A stretch of DNA of 64,000 nt from assembly GCA_021783235.1 (NCBI GenBank), contig JAJXUD010000007.1, positions 10,025 through 74,024 on the forward strand, in the 5' to 3' direction. The first letter of the stretch is position 1, and each line of letters begins with the position of its first letter. The notes under the pieces are model-generated. The model was not told the origin of the DNA. It saw nothing but the letters and a program-made list of their open reading frames with translations, and did no database searches. The position numbers and the translations under genes are program-made. Shown piece after piece: positions 31,401-39,241 of the stretch. Source of the DNA: Myxococcales bacterium. Lineage in GTDB: Bacteria; Myxococcota; Myxococcia; Myxococcales; JAKAPL01.

Positions 31401-31811
31401 CTGACGGTGCTGCCGGATCAGGCCCTCGCGATCACGAACCCGACGCTCCCCGAGGCGACGGAGGGGACGCCCTACCGGATCTCGTTCGACACGAACGCCA
31501 CCGGGGGCCAGGTGACGTTCCAGCTGGTCGACGGGCTGGGCGAGAACTCGCCGGCCGCGCGCAAGACGCTCCCCCCCGGACTGACGATTGACACGACCGG
31601 GCTGCTCTCCGGCACGCCGACGGCCACCGGTACCTTCGATTTCCTCGTCGAGGCGAGCGATGCGGAGAACCGGCGCGCCATCCAGGCGGCCTCGCTGACG
31701 GTCCTCCCGAGCCAGGGCAAGGGTTGCGGCACGGCGCCCGGGAGCGGGGGTGGGGGCAGCCTCGCGCTCCTCCTCGCGCTCGGCGCGCTCCTCGCTCGGA
31801 GACGCGGATGA
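25458..31811 (+). CDS. Giant cell-surface protein (2117 aa), apparently two fused modules, each = signal peptide + NIDO-like N-domain + CARDB-like domains + He_PIG (putative Ig) repeats + MYXO-CTERM-type tag
   Basis: Single track ORF. N-terminal signal [22 protein letters not shown]. Repeated LPPA-x-VG-x-x-Y-x-x-x-L...GG-x-x-P-Y-x-W...LP-x-GLSL...G-x-(I/L/V)-x-G-T-P units. Tags at residues ~1207-1232 and at the C-terminus. Confidence 0.85.
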   Translation: MRTLSSIPILALALAATPALAQDGGVPAYPVLVSSGSYAPLGDAGSPVPGVTGTQNGVGTISLSGWQFPYFGQQFSQITVTTDGYLIVGDGSECGCTAAAGGMAAGCADPMTYCDPSFGAPCSGPGSGCCSLPAYQSSCQGGNFPSCGGGCCTNCLVTPPSNAGPDPAAVGTIAGWWEQLDDSAAKGISYAQGGADGGHFLTVDYHGVPALNTGFSGWNVYDFQITLDESGLVQVTYGQTFAGDAGVDSSSAWASLEGYDGGQWVPGLGCDVDGGSLISGAFSYSGCTAANWPTDTTVSYGSPAGVFLTPSSVQIQGLSLDGGLTIDVTTVASDFGRTAIGSSFDYSVYLVQQPEPATALAACPGGAGCLGGFTASGGVPAQGSATLDTGPITIPIPAQQGSYYVEVWLDPTNSTGSVQPSALVGVSSPLALGIDLTGAVGALPAAVPANGSFQLPITLENLGLLPSGTFHYQLWLTQANTGIDPQTDLLVEDATASLVGGQTVTKTDTATTNNAAQGQYYLALTIDPAHQLGDIDYGNNVVFSATTASVTPAHLKVTAVGAPAEAFPDFPTHVSYTIENDGDDIAAGFAIGLVIHPQSKGTTFTLNDPRLLELDGVTIAPKCTVQAEDGVILQATPAGCATFPSPAVTESKVPATMYGAATAPGNYLVGVIADLYSQVNEARNANRMGAPNVTVVQAPAPDLAVGLGDLTAPPAASAGDRIWVDRSIHNLGIATGSAPYGYFLSDTGEANAGGVPVPVVLPTGVVTYRPTTQTLSPPGQGTSDDRGSDLLALPSGLSPGSYTLSLVIDPDRVAPDLDRTNDTVAAPEPLAISADGLQLLGGNLPPALVHSPYAYQLEISGAATAPAFQLVAGGLPAGLSLSGSGLVSGTPTALGGSTFVVLATSGQKQQLATCALTVAQPSGPLEVVVSGSELPPATVGRAYTLQLAAVGGVPPYDWTADGPIPGGGDLALEPSGLLAGTPATVAAGSLHVTVTDQAGNVVQATLGLRAVDLGTLAITTTLIGPATVGQSFVGPIEATEGDGQNHIYTWTLPQGQELPPGLELVTQGTPALGQLSGTPRLAGSWPFRVVVTDESKHEATREFVLVVNPAPLDVSAQSLPAATQGKPYQVTLQASTSGLVTFSLFSGDLPPGLSVGTDGSIGGTVDAKAEVRTYPFAVLAIDSSGDQALLPLSIQLLAASPAPSGGCGTGGGPGGLLAVGAALWLISRRRRGFVAAVAGAALLLFGALPARAAFGYSVAKGTTTFQDITAQPGTAVLSQSQEMSPTQYPVTLPFPFSYGGSSFSSMTVWSNGAVSFDANGSAQSSDGCGAFPFSNCPGLQTVLAPWWGDLTVCYQASVAWMTTGSPGNRLITVQWTNLNTDDGCQGVSAGQSLFTFQLQLHESSGAVDFIYGPSTQGLSSCLSGSCSFAVGIEDGADGLGGLACNAACQVTDIPGAGTALVFSERPDLQIAQLTAPSAVEQGGAMTLQLEVQNAGAVAASQATGSFFYSPDGGSYDPTAPLGGVGPFNLAGSSSATLRRTVTLPSGAAVGTGYVVAVVQDSGDPDPIGKTLASAPFEVIPATPDLIPTALQIPSGGAPGATVSFAPTIVNQGTATATAVAYAYYLSTDATVSVVDLQVGGGTVASLPPGQTFQTTDQVTLPAGLAPGSYTVGLIVDPAGESPESSRSNETFVAGSRLAVQAGALAVATSKLPPAQVGAPYQALLAATGGDGHYQWSVASGSLPSGLSLDAQLGAIAGTPAAVGTSRLTLKLQDGSGQSATMPLAIQVTALAVPLEVVTTVLPGGSFGVPYQVDLVATGGAPPYLWSLSAGGRPPPGISLSSGGVLAGSPAADGAFVFQVEVQDSTGKSAQSGPLDLEVLSPGRVSVAEAELAPATVGKAYVAELLAVGGTPTYSWQLVSDERLPGGAGDTGQDLAQAMPPGLALETNGAVSGVPTVTGQFALTLQVTDSSTPPDTVTDTVVLTVLPDQALAITNPTLPEATEGTPYRISFDTNATGGQVTFQLVDGLGENSPAARKTLPPGLTIDTTGLLSGTPTATGTFDFLVEASDAENRRAIQAASLTVLPSQGKGCGTAPGSGGGGSLALLLALGALLARRRG
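27952..29048 (+). repeat. He_PIG/putative-Ig repeat array of module 1 (about 4 units)
   Basis: Examples: [18 protein letters not shown]...[18 protein letters not shown] and [26 protein letters not shown]. Confidence 0.65.
29076..29153 (+). other. Internal MYXO-CTERM-like tag in the middle of the 2117-aa ORF
   Basis: [28 protein letters not shown] (Cys codon at 29076), immediately followed by the signal-peptide-like [22 protein letters not shown] (29154..29213). Confidence 0.7.
30562..31708 (+). repeat. He_PIG/putative-Ig repeat array of module 2 (about 4-5 units)
   Basis: Examples: [49 protein letters not shown] and [26 protein letters not shown]. Confidence 0.65.
31725..31808 (+). other. 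C-terminal MYXO-CTERM-type tag of the giant ORF
   Basis: [31 protein letters not shown]-stop. Confidence 0.7.
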
Positions 31812-32944
31812 ACCCGTTCGGCGAGGAGCACGAGGCCTTCCGGCGCACCGTCCGGCAGTTCGTCGAGAAGGAGATGGAGCCGCACGCCCGCGAGTGGGAC
31901 GAGGCGGGAATCTTTCCCCGGGAGCTCTTCGCGAAGCTGGGCGAGCTCGGCTTCCTCGGCATCCGCCACGACCCGAAGTGGGGGGGCAGCGGACTCGACT
32001 ACTGGTACGTCACGGCCTTCGGCGAGGAGCTGGTTCGCAGCCGCAACGGGGGCGTCAACATGGCGCTGCTCGTGCAGGCCGAGATGGCGACGCCGGTCAT
32101 CGACGCCGTCGGTACGGACGAGCAGAAGCGGGAGTTCCTCGCGCCGGCGATCGCCGGGCAGAAGATCGCGGCGCTCGGCATCAGCGAGCCGGGCTGCGGA
32201 TCGGACGTCGCCGCCCTGCGGACGACCGCGCGGCGCGACGGCGGCGACTATGTCATCGACGGTAGCAAGATGTGGATCACGAACGGGACCCGCGCCGATT
32301 TCATCACGCTGGCGGTGCGGACCGGCGAGGCGGGCTACGGGGGCATCTCCCTCGTCACCTTCCCCACCGACGTGCGCGGCTTCTCGGTCGGAAAGAAGCT
32401 CGAGAAGGTGGGAAATCTCGCCTCCGACACGGCCGTCCTCTACTTCGACGGCTGCCGGATCCCGGCGCGCTACGTCCTCGGCGAGGAGAACCAGGGCTTT
32501 CGCCTCATCATGGAGAACTTCCAGGGCGAGCGGCTCGTCGCGGCGATCCTCGCGGTCGCCGGCATGAGGCAGATGGTCGAGGACGCCATCCGCTACGGCC
32601 AGGAGCGCGAGGCCTTCGGTCGGCCGCTCGCGAGGTTCCAGGTCTGGCGCCACAAGTTCGCCGAGCAGATGACGGCCATCGAGGCCGCCCGGCAGCTCAC
32701 CTACCACGCCATCGACCGCTTCGTCCGAAAGGAGGACGCGCTGCGCGAGGTGAGCATGGCGAAGCTCTTTGCCTGCGACCTCGCCCAGGACGTCGCCTAC
32801 GACTGCCTGCAGCTCCACGGCGGGATGGGCTACGTGACCGAGAGCCACATCGCCCGGGCATGGCGCGACGTGCGGCTGCTCACGATCGGCGGCGGCGCGA
32901 GCGAGATCATGAAGGAGATCATCGCGAAGACGGAGGGGCTCTGA
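31808..32944 (+). CDS. Acyl-CoA dehydrogenase
   Basis: [23 protein letters not shown]..., [50 protein letters not shown]. The ATG overlaps the stop of the giant ORF (ATGA). Confidence 0.9.
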   Translation: MNPFGEEHEAFRRTVRQFVEKEMEPHAREWDEAGIFPRELFAKLGELGFLGIRHDPKWGGSGLDYWYVTAFGEELVRSRNGGVNMALLVQAEMATPVIDAVGTDEQKREFLAPAIAGQKIAALGISEPGCGSDVAALRTTARRDGGDYVIDGSKMWITNGTRADFITLAVRTGEAGYGGISLVTFPTDVRGFSVGKKLEKVGNLASDTAVLYFDGCRIPARYVLGEENQGFRLIMENFQGERLVAAILAVAGMRQMVEDAIRYGQEREAFGRPLARFQVWRHKFAEQMTAIEAARQLTYHAIDRFVRKEDALREVSMAKLFACDLAQDVAYDCLQLHGGMGYVTESHIARAWRDVRLLTIGGGASEIMKEIIAKTEGL

Positions 32945-33322
32945 GTGGCGGCCAAGACGAGGAAGAGAGCGGTCGGGGCGAGGGGGGCGCTGGTCGCGCT
33001 CTCGACCGCCCCGGACGTCCGCACGGCCCGCCGCATCGCCCGGCTGCTCGTCGAGGAGCGGCTCTGCGCCTGCGTGAACGTCGTGCCGGCGGTCCGCTCG
33101 ATCTACCGCTGGAAGGGGGTCCTCCACGAGGACGGAGAGCTCCTCCTCGTGCTCAAGACTCGCCGCTCGCTCCTCGCGGCGCTCGCGAAGCGGCTCAAGG
33201 TGCTCCACCCTTACGATCTGCCCGAGCTCGTGGCGCTCCCGGCCGTGGGCGGGCTCGATCCGTACCTTGCCTGGCTCGAGCGCGAGACGAGCGGCGCGAA
33301 GCGGGCTCGCCCTACTTCTTGA
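32945..33322 (+). CDS. cutA: Divalent-cation tolerance protein CutA
   Basis: LVALSTAPDVRTARRIARLLVEERLCACVNVVPAVRSIYRWKGVLHEDGELLLVLKT...HPYDLPELVALP is a typical CutA1 fold sequence. Confidence 0.85.
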   Translation: MAAKTRKRAVGARGALVALSTAPDVRTARRIARLLVEERLCACVNVVPAVRSIYRWKGVLHEDGELLLVLKTRRSLLAALAKRLKVLHPYDLPELVALPAVGGLDPYLAWLERETSGAKRARPTS

Positions 33323-33599
33323 AGAGGGCCTCGAGCTTCCGGCGGGCCTCGTCGCCGGCGCTCGCCGCACCGCCTCCGGCTCCGCCGGCGGGCTGGAAGA
33401 ACTCGCAGAAGTTCGCCCGCTCCTTGTCCTGGACCCGCTCGGCCTGCGGCTCGCGGCACTGGTTCGAGGCCGCCGTGTCGTAGAAGCGGCACTGCACGCA
33501 GGCGTGCAGATCGGCGCCGCAGCCGTCGCACTGGTCGCGGCGCCCCGTCGGGCCCTCGAGGCCGATCTCGGCGCCGCAGGCCTGGCAGTGACGTTTCAT
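33312..33599 (-). CDS. Small zinc-ribbon protein (95 aa)
   Basis: MKRHCQACGAEI...CDGCGADLHACVQCRFYD...NQCREP...ANFCEFF: four Cys pairs. Start moved to ATG 33599. The 3' end overlaps cutA convergently by 11 nt. Confidence 0.7.
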   Translation of the reverse strand: MKRHCQACGAEIGLEGPTGRRDQCDGCGADLHACVQCRFYDTAASNQCREPQAERVQDKERANFCEFFQPAGGAGGGAASAGDEARRKLEALFKK

Positions 33600-33649
33600 G
33601 CGCGCGAGCTTAACATGAGACCGACCCAACGGAATTTCGCGGGCGCTCC

Positions 33650-33679
33650 TTGAAGCGGCCCGCTCGCCAAGGCTAAACT
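33650..33679 (+). promoter_or_regulatory. Candidate promoter (TTGAAG-N18-TAAACT) for 33694..34356
   Basis: TTGAAG at 33650..33655, 18-nt spacer, TAAACT at 33674..33679, 14 nt before GTG 33694. Confidence 0.3.
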
Positions 33680-33693
33680 CGGCGCACTGCATC

Positions 33694-34356
33694 GTGGAGG
33701 TCGTCCATCCCGTGAATGCCCATGCCCCTCGTCGATTCTTGCTCGCCGCCGCCATCGGCGCCGCGCTCCTCGCCCCCGCCCTGGGCGCCCGCGCCGAGAC
33801 GGTCTCGCTCTCCGAGTCGGAGTTCAAGACCTACCACGACTACCTCGATGCGCTGCGGGACCCGCGCGTTCAGAAGCTGAAGTCGGCGAAGCGGTTGCCC
33901 GCCATCGCGCGCAACTTCGGGATCTCCGTCAGAGAGCTCGACCGGATCATCGCGAAGGGCAAGCAGTACCCGGACCTCGCGGCGATCGGGCGGGACTGCG
34001 AGGAGGCCATCCGGCAGGCGCTAGACGGGACGGAGCTGGCCCCTCGGATCGCCGAGGTGAAGGTCGACACGAGCGACTCGCACGTGGTCACCTACGTCTC
34101 GTGGAAGGAGGGCAAGCCCGACGCCCTCGAACAGGAGGCCTGCCTCCTCGCGGTGCGGGCCCGCAAGGCCGCGCCCATCACCGCCGACCTCCGGCTCTGG
34201 GCGGTCGACCCCCAGAATCCCGACCACAAGGCCTTCGACGGCATGATCACGGGCGAGGCGGCAGGCCGCATCCAGGAGGCCCGCATCCCCGACTTCGCGC
34301 AGACCCGTTACATCAAGCTGTTCGAGAAGGTCCACCTGGACCGTCCGGCCGACTGA
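33694..34356 (+). CDS. Secreted hypothetical protein (start could be GTG 33715)
   Basis: Signal peptide RRFLLAAAIGAALLAPALGARAE. Coding-type GC3 bias. 21 nt upstream of the kinase gene. Confidence 0.6.
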   Translation: MEVVHPVNAHAPRRFLLAAAIGAALLAPALGARAETVSLSESEFKTYHDYLDALRDPRVQKLKSAKRLPAIARNFGISVRELDRIIAKGKQYPDLAAIGRDCEEAIRQALDGTELAPRIAEVKVDTSDSHVVTYVSWKEGKPDALEQEACLLAVRARKAAPITADLRLWAVDPQNPDHKAFDGMITGEAAGRIQEARIPDFAQTRYIKLFEKVHLDRPAD

Positions 34357-34377
34357 GGCCCCCGCGGCCGCCCGTCG

Positions 34378-36804
34378 ATGAAGAAACCGCTCCCCTTCGG
34401 CAAGTACCTCCTCCTCGACCGCATCAACGTCGGGGGCATGGCCGAGGTGTTCCTCGCGAAGTCGTTCGGGGTCGAGGGGTTCGAGCGGATCCTCGCCATC
34501 AAGAAGATCTTGCCGACGATGGTCGAGGACGAAGAGTTCATCTCGATGTTCATCGACGAGGCGCGGATCGCCGTCCAGCTGAACCACCCGAACGTCGTCC
34601 AGATCCACGAGCTCGGCAAGCACGAGGAGCACTACTTCATCGCGATGGAGTACCTCTCGGGCCGCGACCTGCGGCTCGTCCTCGACGCGACGAAGAAGCG
34701 CAAGCAGCTCCTCTCGATTCCCCAGGCGGTCTTCCTCGCGCAGAAGATCTGCGAAGGGCTCGACTACGCGCACCGGAAGAAGGATCCGCAGGGGCGCGAG
34801 CTCCACATCGTCCACCGCGACGTCTCGCCGCAGAACGTCCTCATCTCCTACGACGGCGAGGTGAAGCTCATCGACTTCGGCATCGCCAAGGCGCAAGGGC
34901 GGCTGCAGAAGACGCAGGCCGGCATCCTCAAGGGAAAGTTCGGCTACATGTCGCCGGAGCAGGTGCGCGGGCTGCCGATCGACCGGCGCTCCGACATCTT
35001 CGCGGTGGGCGTGATCCTCTACGAGATGCTCACCGGCGAGCGGCTCTTCGTCGGCGAGAGCGACTTCTCGACGCTCGAGAAGGTGCGGAACGCCGAGGTC
35101 CTGCCGCCTCGCCAGTTCAACGACGAGATCCCCGAGGCGCTCGAGAAGGTGATGCTCCGCTCGCTCGCGCGCGAGCCCGAGGAGCGCTACCAGTGGGCTT
35201 CGGACATGGCCGAGGAGCTGACGCGCTTCTCCGTGAAGGGCGACGTCGTCTACGGCACGAAGCAGCTCTCGGCCTTCATGCACGAGCGCTTCGCGCCCGA
35301 GCTCGAGCGCGAGCGCGGGCGGCTGGCCCGATTCGCGACCGTCGAGAAGACCGAGGGCTCCGGGACCGCCCCGGGCCCGACCGGCCCTCAGCCCGTCGTG
35401 GTCGCCGCCCCGCCCGGCGCCGGGGTCCGCGCCTCCGCGACGGTGCCCTTCGACGCGCTCCCTTCGACTCCCGAGGCCGACGAGCCCCCGCCCTCCGAGG
35501 CGACCCAACTCTTCCGCCCGGAGTTCATGGCGGGCGCCGACACCGGGCCGATGGATCCCGCGCCGCCTGAGCCGGCTGGGAACGCCGTGTTTGCGCGGAC
35601 CGTCATCCGCCCCGACGCCTCGGGGCCGCGCGCCGCGCCCACCGCCCCTGTCTCCGAGCTCGCCGAGGCCGACTGGCCGGTGCCCCCGCCGAAGACCGAG
35701 GGCAAGACGGTCATCCGCGCCGAGCCGTCGAATCCGAACGCGGGCGCCCCCGCCCGTCCGCTCCCGGCTCCGGCGCGCCCGCTGCCGCCCGCGACCCGGT
35801 CGGTGCCGGCGGCGCCGGCCGGTCGGCGCGGCCTGCCACCGCCCGTCCTCGCGGGGCTCGGGGCGGCGGTCGTGGTCTTCGTGGCGCTGCTCTTCGCGCT
35901 TCTGCTCCGGCGCCCTGGCCCCCAGCCCGGCACGCTCGTCATCTCGCCGCACCCCGCCGAGGGCGTGAGCCTCTGGGTGGACGGTCGGCCGCTCTCACCG
36001 GCCGAGCACCACACCTTCGTCGCGAGCAACCTCGCCGCCGGCGTTCATCTGGTCGAGGCGAAGAACGGCACCGGGCGGCGCGCGCTCAAGGTTCGGGTCG
36101 AGTCGGGGCGGATCGTGCCGATCGCCGTCGAGCTCCCTGCCGCGCCGCCGCCGGTGGTGGCGACGACCGCGGCCGTTCCGACCCCGTCCGCCCCCCCATC
36201 GCGGGGACCTGCCGACGGCGCCGCGGGTCCGACCGGCGGCCCCGCGCCGCTGGCAGCGCGGCCGAGGCCCGCGAAGATGGGGCTCGATCTCTCGCAGACC
36301 GAGGCGCCGCCGCCCCCCGCTCCCGCCAACGTGACGATCGATGTCGAGCCGAGCGAGGCGCAGATCTTCATCGACGGCGCGCCCGTGGGATCGGGCAGCT
36401 ACGTCATCCCGGGGGCCGATCCGGCGCACCGCTATCGGATCGAAGCGACCGCGCCGGGACGGCGGCGGGTCGAGCGGACCCTCCGCTTCTCGCACGACCA
36501 GACGGTGCGGCTCGTCCTACGCGAGGAGCATGCGGCGGCGGCGGCTCGCGAGCGACCGCCGCGCAAGCGGTCCGGCCACGGTCCCCCGGGAACGCTCATC
36601 ATCTCCTCGCGGCCGGTCGCCAAGGTCTTCGTCGACGGCCGCCCCACCGAGCGCTACACCCCGGTCCCGCCGAGCGACCCGCTCCAGCTCCCGAGCGGCG
36701 ACCACGTGATCCACCTCGAGTCGGACGACGGTCGGAAGGCCGACCGGCGCATCACCATCGAGCCGAACGCGCTGAACAAGCTCATCAACGTCATGCTCGA
36801 CTGA
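34378..36804 (+). CDS. Ser/Thr protein kinase with one TM segment and three extracytoplasmic PEGA-like domains
   Basis: Hanks motifs GGMAEVFLAKS, AIKKI, HRDVSPQNVLIS, DFGIAK, GYMSPEQ. TM segment LAGLGAAVVVFVALLFALLL. PEGA-like LVISPHPAEGVSLWVDGRPL, IDVEPSEAQIFIDGAPVGSG, LIISSRPVAKVFVDGRPTERYTP. Confidence 0.9.
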   Translation: MKKPLPFGKYLLLDRINVGGMAEVFLAKSFGVEGFERILAIKKILPTMVEDEEFISMFIDEARIAVQLNHPNVVQIHELGKHEEHYFIAMEYLSGRDLRLVLDATKKRKQLLSIPQAVFLAQKICEGLDYAHRKKDPQGRELHIVHRDVSPQNVLISYDGEVKLIDFGIAKAQGRLQKTQAGILKGKFGYMSPEQVRGLPIDRRSDIFAVGVILYEMLTGERLFVGESDFSTLEKVRNAEVLPPRQFNDEIPEALEKVMLRSLAREPEERYQWASDMAEELTRFSVKGDVVYGTKQLSAFMHERFAPELERERGRLARFATVEKTEGSGTAPGPTGPQPVVVAAPPGAGVRASATVPFDALPSTPEADEPPPSEATQLFRPEFMAGADTGPMDPAPPEPAGNAVFARTVIRPDASGPRAAPTAPVSELAEADWPVPPPKTEGKTVIRAEPSNPNAGAPARPLPAPARPLPPATRSVPAAPAGRRGLPPPVLAGLGAAVVVFVALLFALLLRRPGPQPGTLVISPHPAEGVSLWVDGRPLSPAEHHTFVASNLAAGVHLVEAKNGTGRRALKVRVESGRIVPIAVELPAAPPPVVATTAAVPTPSAPPSRGPADGAAGPTGGPAPLAARPRPAKMGLDLSQTEAPPPPAPANVTIDVEPSEAQIFIDGAPVGSGSYVIPGADPAHRYRIEATAPGRRRVERTLRFSHDQTVRLVLREEHAAAAARERPPRKRSGHGPPGTLIISSRPVAKVFVDGRPTERYTPVPPSDPLQLPSGDHVIHLESDDGRKADRRITIEPNALNKLINVMLD

Positions 36805-36817
36805 GGGCCTTCGAGGA

Positions 36818-37951
36818 ATGCCACAAGGGATTCCTCGCGCCGCTCGGGACGACCAGCGGCCGGCGCCATCGGCGTTCCGAGCGAGGCCCCGGAGCGCCGG
36901 CGTCCTCGCGCTCCTCGCCGTCCTCGCCGTCCTCGCCAGCTGCCATGGGCCAGCGCCCATCCCGAAGGTCGACGTTCACACCCACGTCTCCCCGGCGGCG
37001 ATGGGGCGGGCCCTCGCGATCTTCGACGCCGCGGGGATCGGGCGCGCCGTCGACCTCTCGGGCGGGCCGACCGCCGAGGCGCTCGCCGAGGCGATCGAGG
37101 CCGCCTCGCGGAGCCAGGGCCGCGTCGTCGTGTTCGCGAACCTCGACTGGAGAGGCGCCCTCGAGCCCGGCTGGTTGGAGCGGCAGCTCGCCTGGCTCGG
37201 GCAGGCGAAGGCGATGGGCGCGAGGGGGCTCAAGATCTTCAAGTCGCTCGGCCTCACGATCCGCGATCCCGCCGGAGCGCGGCTCGCCGTCGACGACCCG
37301 AGACTCGACCCCATCTTCGAGGCCGCCGGTCGGCTCGGGCTGCCCGTCGCCATCCACACGGGCGACCCCAAGGCCTTCTTCGAGCCGCTGGGCCCGGGCA
37401 ACGAGCGGAGAGAGGAGCTCGCCCTGAACCCCGCCTGGAGCTTCGCCGACCGGGCGCGCTTTCCGGCTTGGGACGACCTCTTCGCCGAGCTCGTGCGGCG
37501 GGTCGAGCGGCACCCGAAGACGAAGTTCCTCGCGGTCCACTTCGGCGACGACCCCGAGGATCCAGCCCACGTGGGGGAGCTCATGGACCGCCTCCCGAAC
37601 CTCTACGTCGACACCGCGGCGCGCGTCGGCGAGATCGGCCGACGTCCGACCGCCCTGCTGCGCCGGATCTTCCTTTCGCACCCGCGCCGCATCCTCTTCG
37701 GCAGCGACATCGGCGTCTCGCGCAGCCGCCTCACGCTCGGCGCCCCGGAGCCCGAGCCCGCGAGCGATGCCGATGCCCCACCGTTCTACGCTGCGCAGTT
37801 CCGCTTCTTCGAGACGAGCCAGCGCGGGCTACCGAACCCCATCCCCGTCCAGGGCCACTGGACGGTGGACGGCCTCGGACTCCCCCGGGAGGCCCTCGAG
37901 GAGCTCTACCACCGCAACGCCGAGCGGCTCCTCGGGCTCGCGCCCCTCTGA
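36818..37951 (+). CDS. Amidohydrolase-family (amidohydrolase_2-like) protein with a signal/lipoprotein-like N-terminus
   Basis: VDVHTHVSP metal-binding motif, VAIHTGDP, LFGSDIG; N-terminus LLAVLAVLASC. Confidence 0.72.
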   Translation: MPQGIPRAARDDQRPAPSAFRARPRSAGVLALLAVLAVLASCHGPAPIPKVDVHTHVSPAAMGRALAIFDAAGIGRAVDLSGGPTAEALAEAIEAASRSQGRVVVFANLDWRGALEPGWLERQLAWLGQAKAMGARGLKIFKSLGLTIRDPAGARLAVDDPRLDPIFEAAGRLGLPVAIHTGDPKAFFEPLGPGNERREELALNPAWSFADRARFPAWDDLFAELVRRVERHPKTKFLAVHFGDDPEDPAHVGELMDRLPNLYVDTAARVGEIGRRPTALLRRIFLSHPRRILFGSDIGVSRSRLTLGAPEPEPASDADAPPFYAAQFRFFETSQRGLPNPIPVQGHWTVDGLGLPREALEELYHRNAERLLGLAPL

Positions 37952-38035
37952 AGGGGCGTGCCTCGAACGCGCCCTCAACCTCAGGCCGCGGTCGGCGCAA
38001 AGCTTTCGCCGTCCGGTCGTGCCCCAGGCCCCCCC

Positions 38036-38064
38036 TTGCTTTTGTAGCGAGCCGTTGCTAGAAG
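38036..38064 (+). promoter_or_regulatory. Candidate promoter (TTGCTT-N17-TAGAAG) of the 38146-46749 operon
   Basis: Located in the only sizeable AT-richer intergenic patch (37952..38145). Leader of about 80 nt ending in GGGAGGGAGG. Confidence 0.35.
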
Positions 38065-38145
38065 GGCACGCTACTTTTGCGGTCGCTCGCCCAGGACCGA
38101 AACGCAGCCGCGACCTCAGCCACCAAGGGGAGGGAGGCCGAGCAC

Positions 38146-39204
38146 TTGCGAACGACGATTGTCGCCGTGACCGTGCTGCTCCTCGCCGCTCCGGCCGTCG
38201 CGGAGCAGGGCAAGGAGAGTTCCCTTCCCAAGGAAGAGCGGACGGGCAGTGCGGCGCCCACCGCGGCGACCTCCTCGAGCACGGACGCGTCGGCGGGCGA
38301 CACCATCGATCGTTCGGTGGGCTCCGAGCTCATCGGCGAGAGCAAGAAGCGTTGGCGCATCGACGCGGGCTGGGAGTCGCACGCGCTGCTCGTCTCGAAC
38401 AACCTCCTCGGCAGCGGCGCCAACACCTTCTTCAACTACTTCTACGCCGGCGGCCGCTACGAGCTGACGCCCGGGAACGACCAGGTCCGGGTCACGGCTG
38501 GCTTCTATCAGTTCGCCCTCACCGATCCGAACGAGGACGGCGGCCTGCGCTCCGACGACATCTACTTCTCGTACGACCACCACTTCGCGTTGCCCAAGGA
38601 GTTCGGCCTCGACGCCCGGGTGGTGACGAACGCCCCCACCTCCTTCATGAGCTACAAGATGGGGCTCATCACTGCCCCCGAGGGCGTGCTCGAGCTCACC
38701 CGGACCGTCGGGAAGTACCTCACCTTCGATCTGCGCGGGATCGGCGAGTACTTTTTCGAGAGCTACACCTCGGTCCAGGGTGGATCGACGCCGAACCCGA
38801 TCGCTCGCCTCGGCGCGGGGCTGAACGTCGAGGGGGCGCTCCCCTGGCATCCGGACCTCGCGCTGGGCGTCGACGTCTACACCGAGTACTTCTGGTTCTA
38901 CTATCCGAACGGCCAGCCGGGGGCGATGGGGCCGAGCAGCTACTACGGCGTCGAGAACTTCCCGACCTACCCGGTGCAGCCCGCGCAGCAGAACTACGGC
39001 GGCGACGTCTACGTGCGCTACAGCCTCAACAAGATCCTCCCCAAGACCGGAGCGAAGGGGCTCAAGGGCAACGTCGAGCTCGCCTACGCGAACGGCGATC
39101 CGACGATGGGCTACACCTCGGAGCTCGTCGACGGCGTCTCCAGCATCTACCTCTTCTACCCGGAGACCTCTCAGGTCTTCTTCTCGCTGAACCTCTATTA
39201 CTAG
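38146..39204 (+). CDS. Outer-membrane beta-barrel protein, hypothetical
   Basis: GGGAGGGAGG lies 8 nt upstream of TTG 38146. Signal peptide (M)RTTIVAVTVLLLAAPAVAEQ. Alternating hydrophobic beta-strand pattern. C-terminus ...VFFSLNLYY (aromatic terminal residue). Confidence 0.62.
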   Translation: MRTTIVAVTVLLLAAPAVAEQGKESSLPKEERTGSAAPTAATSSSTDASAGDTIDRSVGSELIGESKKRWRIDAGWESHALLVSNNLLGSGANTFFNYFYAGGRYELTPGNDQVRVTAGFYQFALTDPNEDGGLRSDDIYFSYDHHFALPKEFGLDARVVTNAPTSFMSYKMGLITAPEGVLELTRTVGKYLTFDLRGIGEYFFESYTSVQGGSTPNPIARLGAGLNVEGALPWHPDLALGVDVYTEYFWFYYPNGQPGAMGPSSYYGVENFPTYPVQPAQQNYGGDVYVRYSLNKILPKTGAKGLKGNVELAYANGDPTMGYTSELVDGVSSIYLFYPETSQVFFSLNLYY

Positions 39205-39241
39205 GCCTCCGGGCCTGCCGTAGAGACGACAAGGAGCGAAC

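Noticed and set aside
37952-38145. The largest intergenic region, considered as a possible tRNA or small-RNA locus
   Set aside because: There is no cloverleaf-compatible stems or conserved tRNA boxes. It is better explained as promoter plus 5' leader of the 38146 operon.
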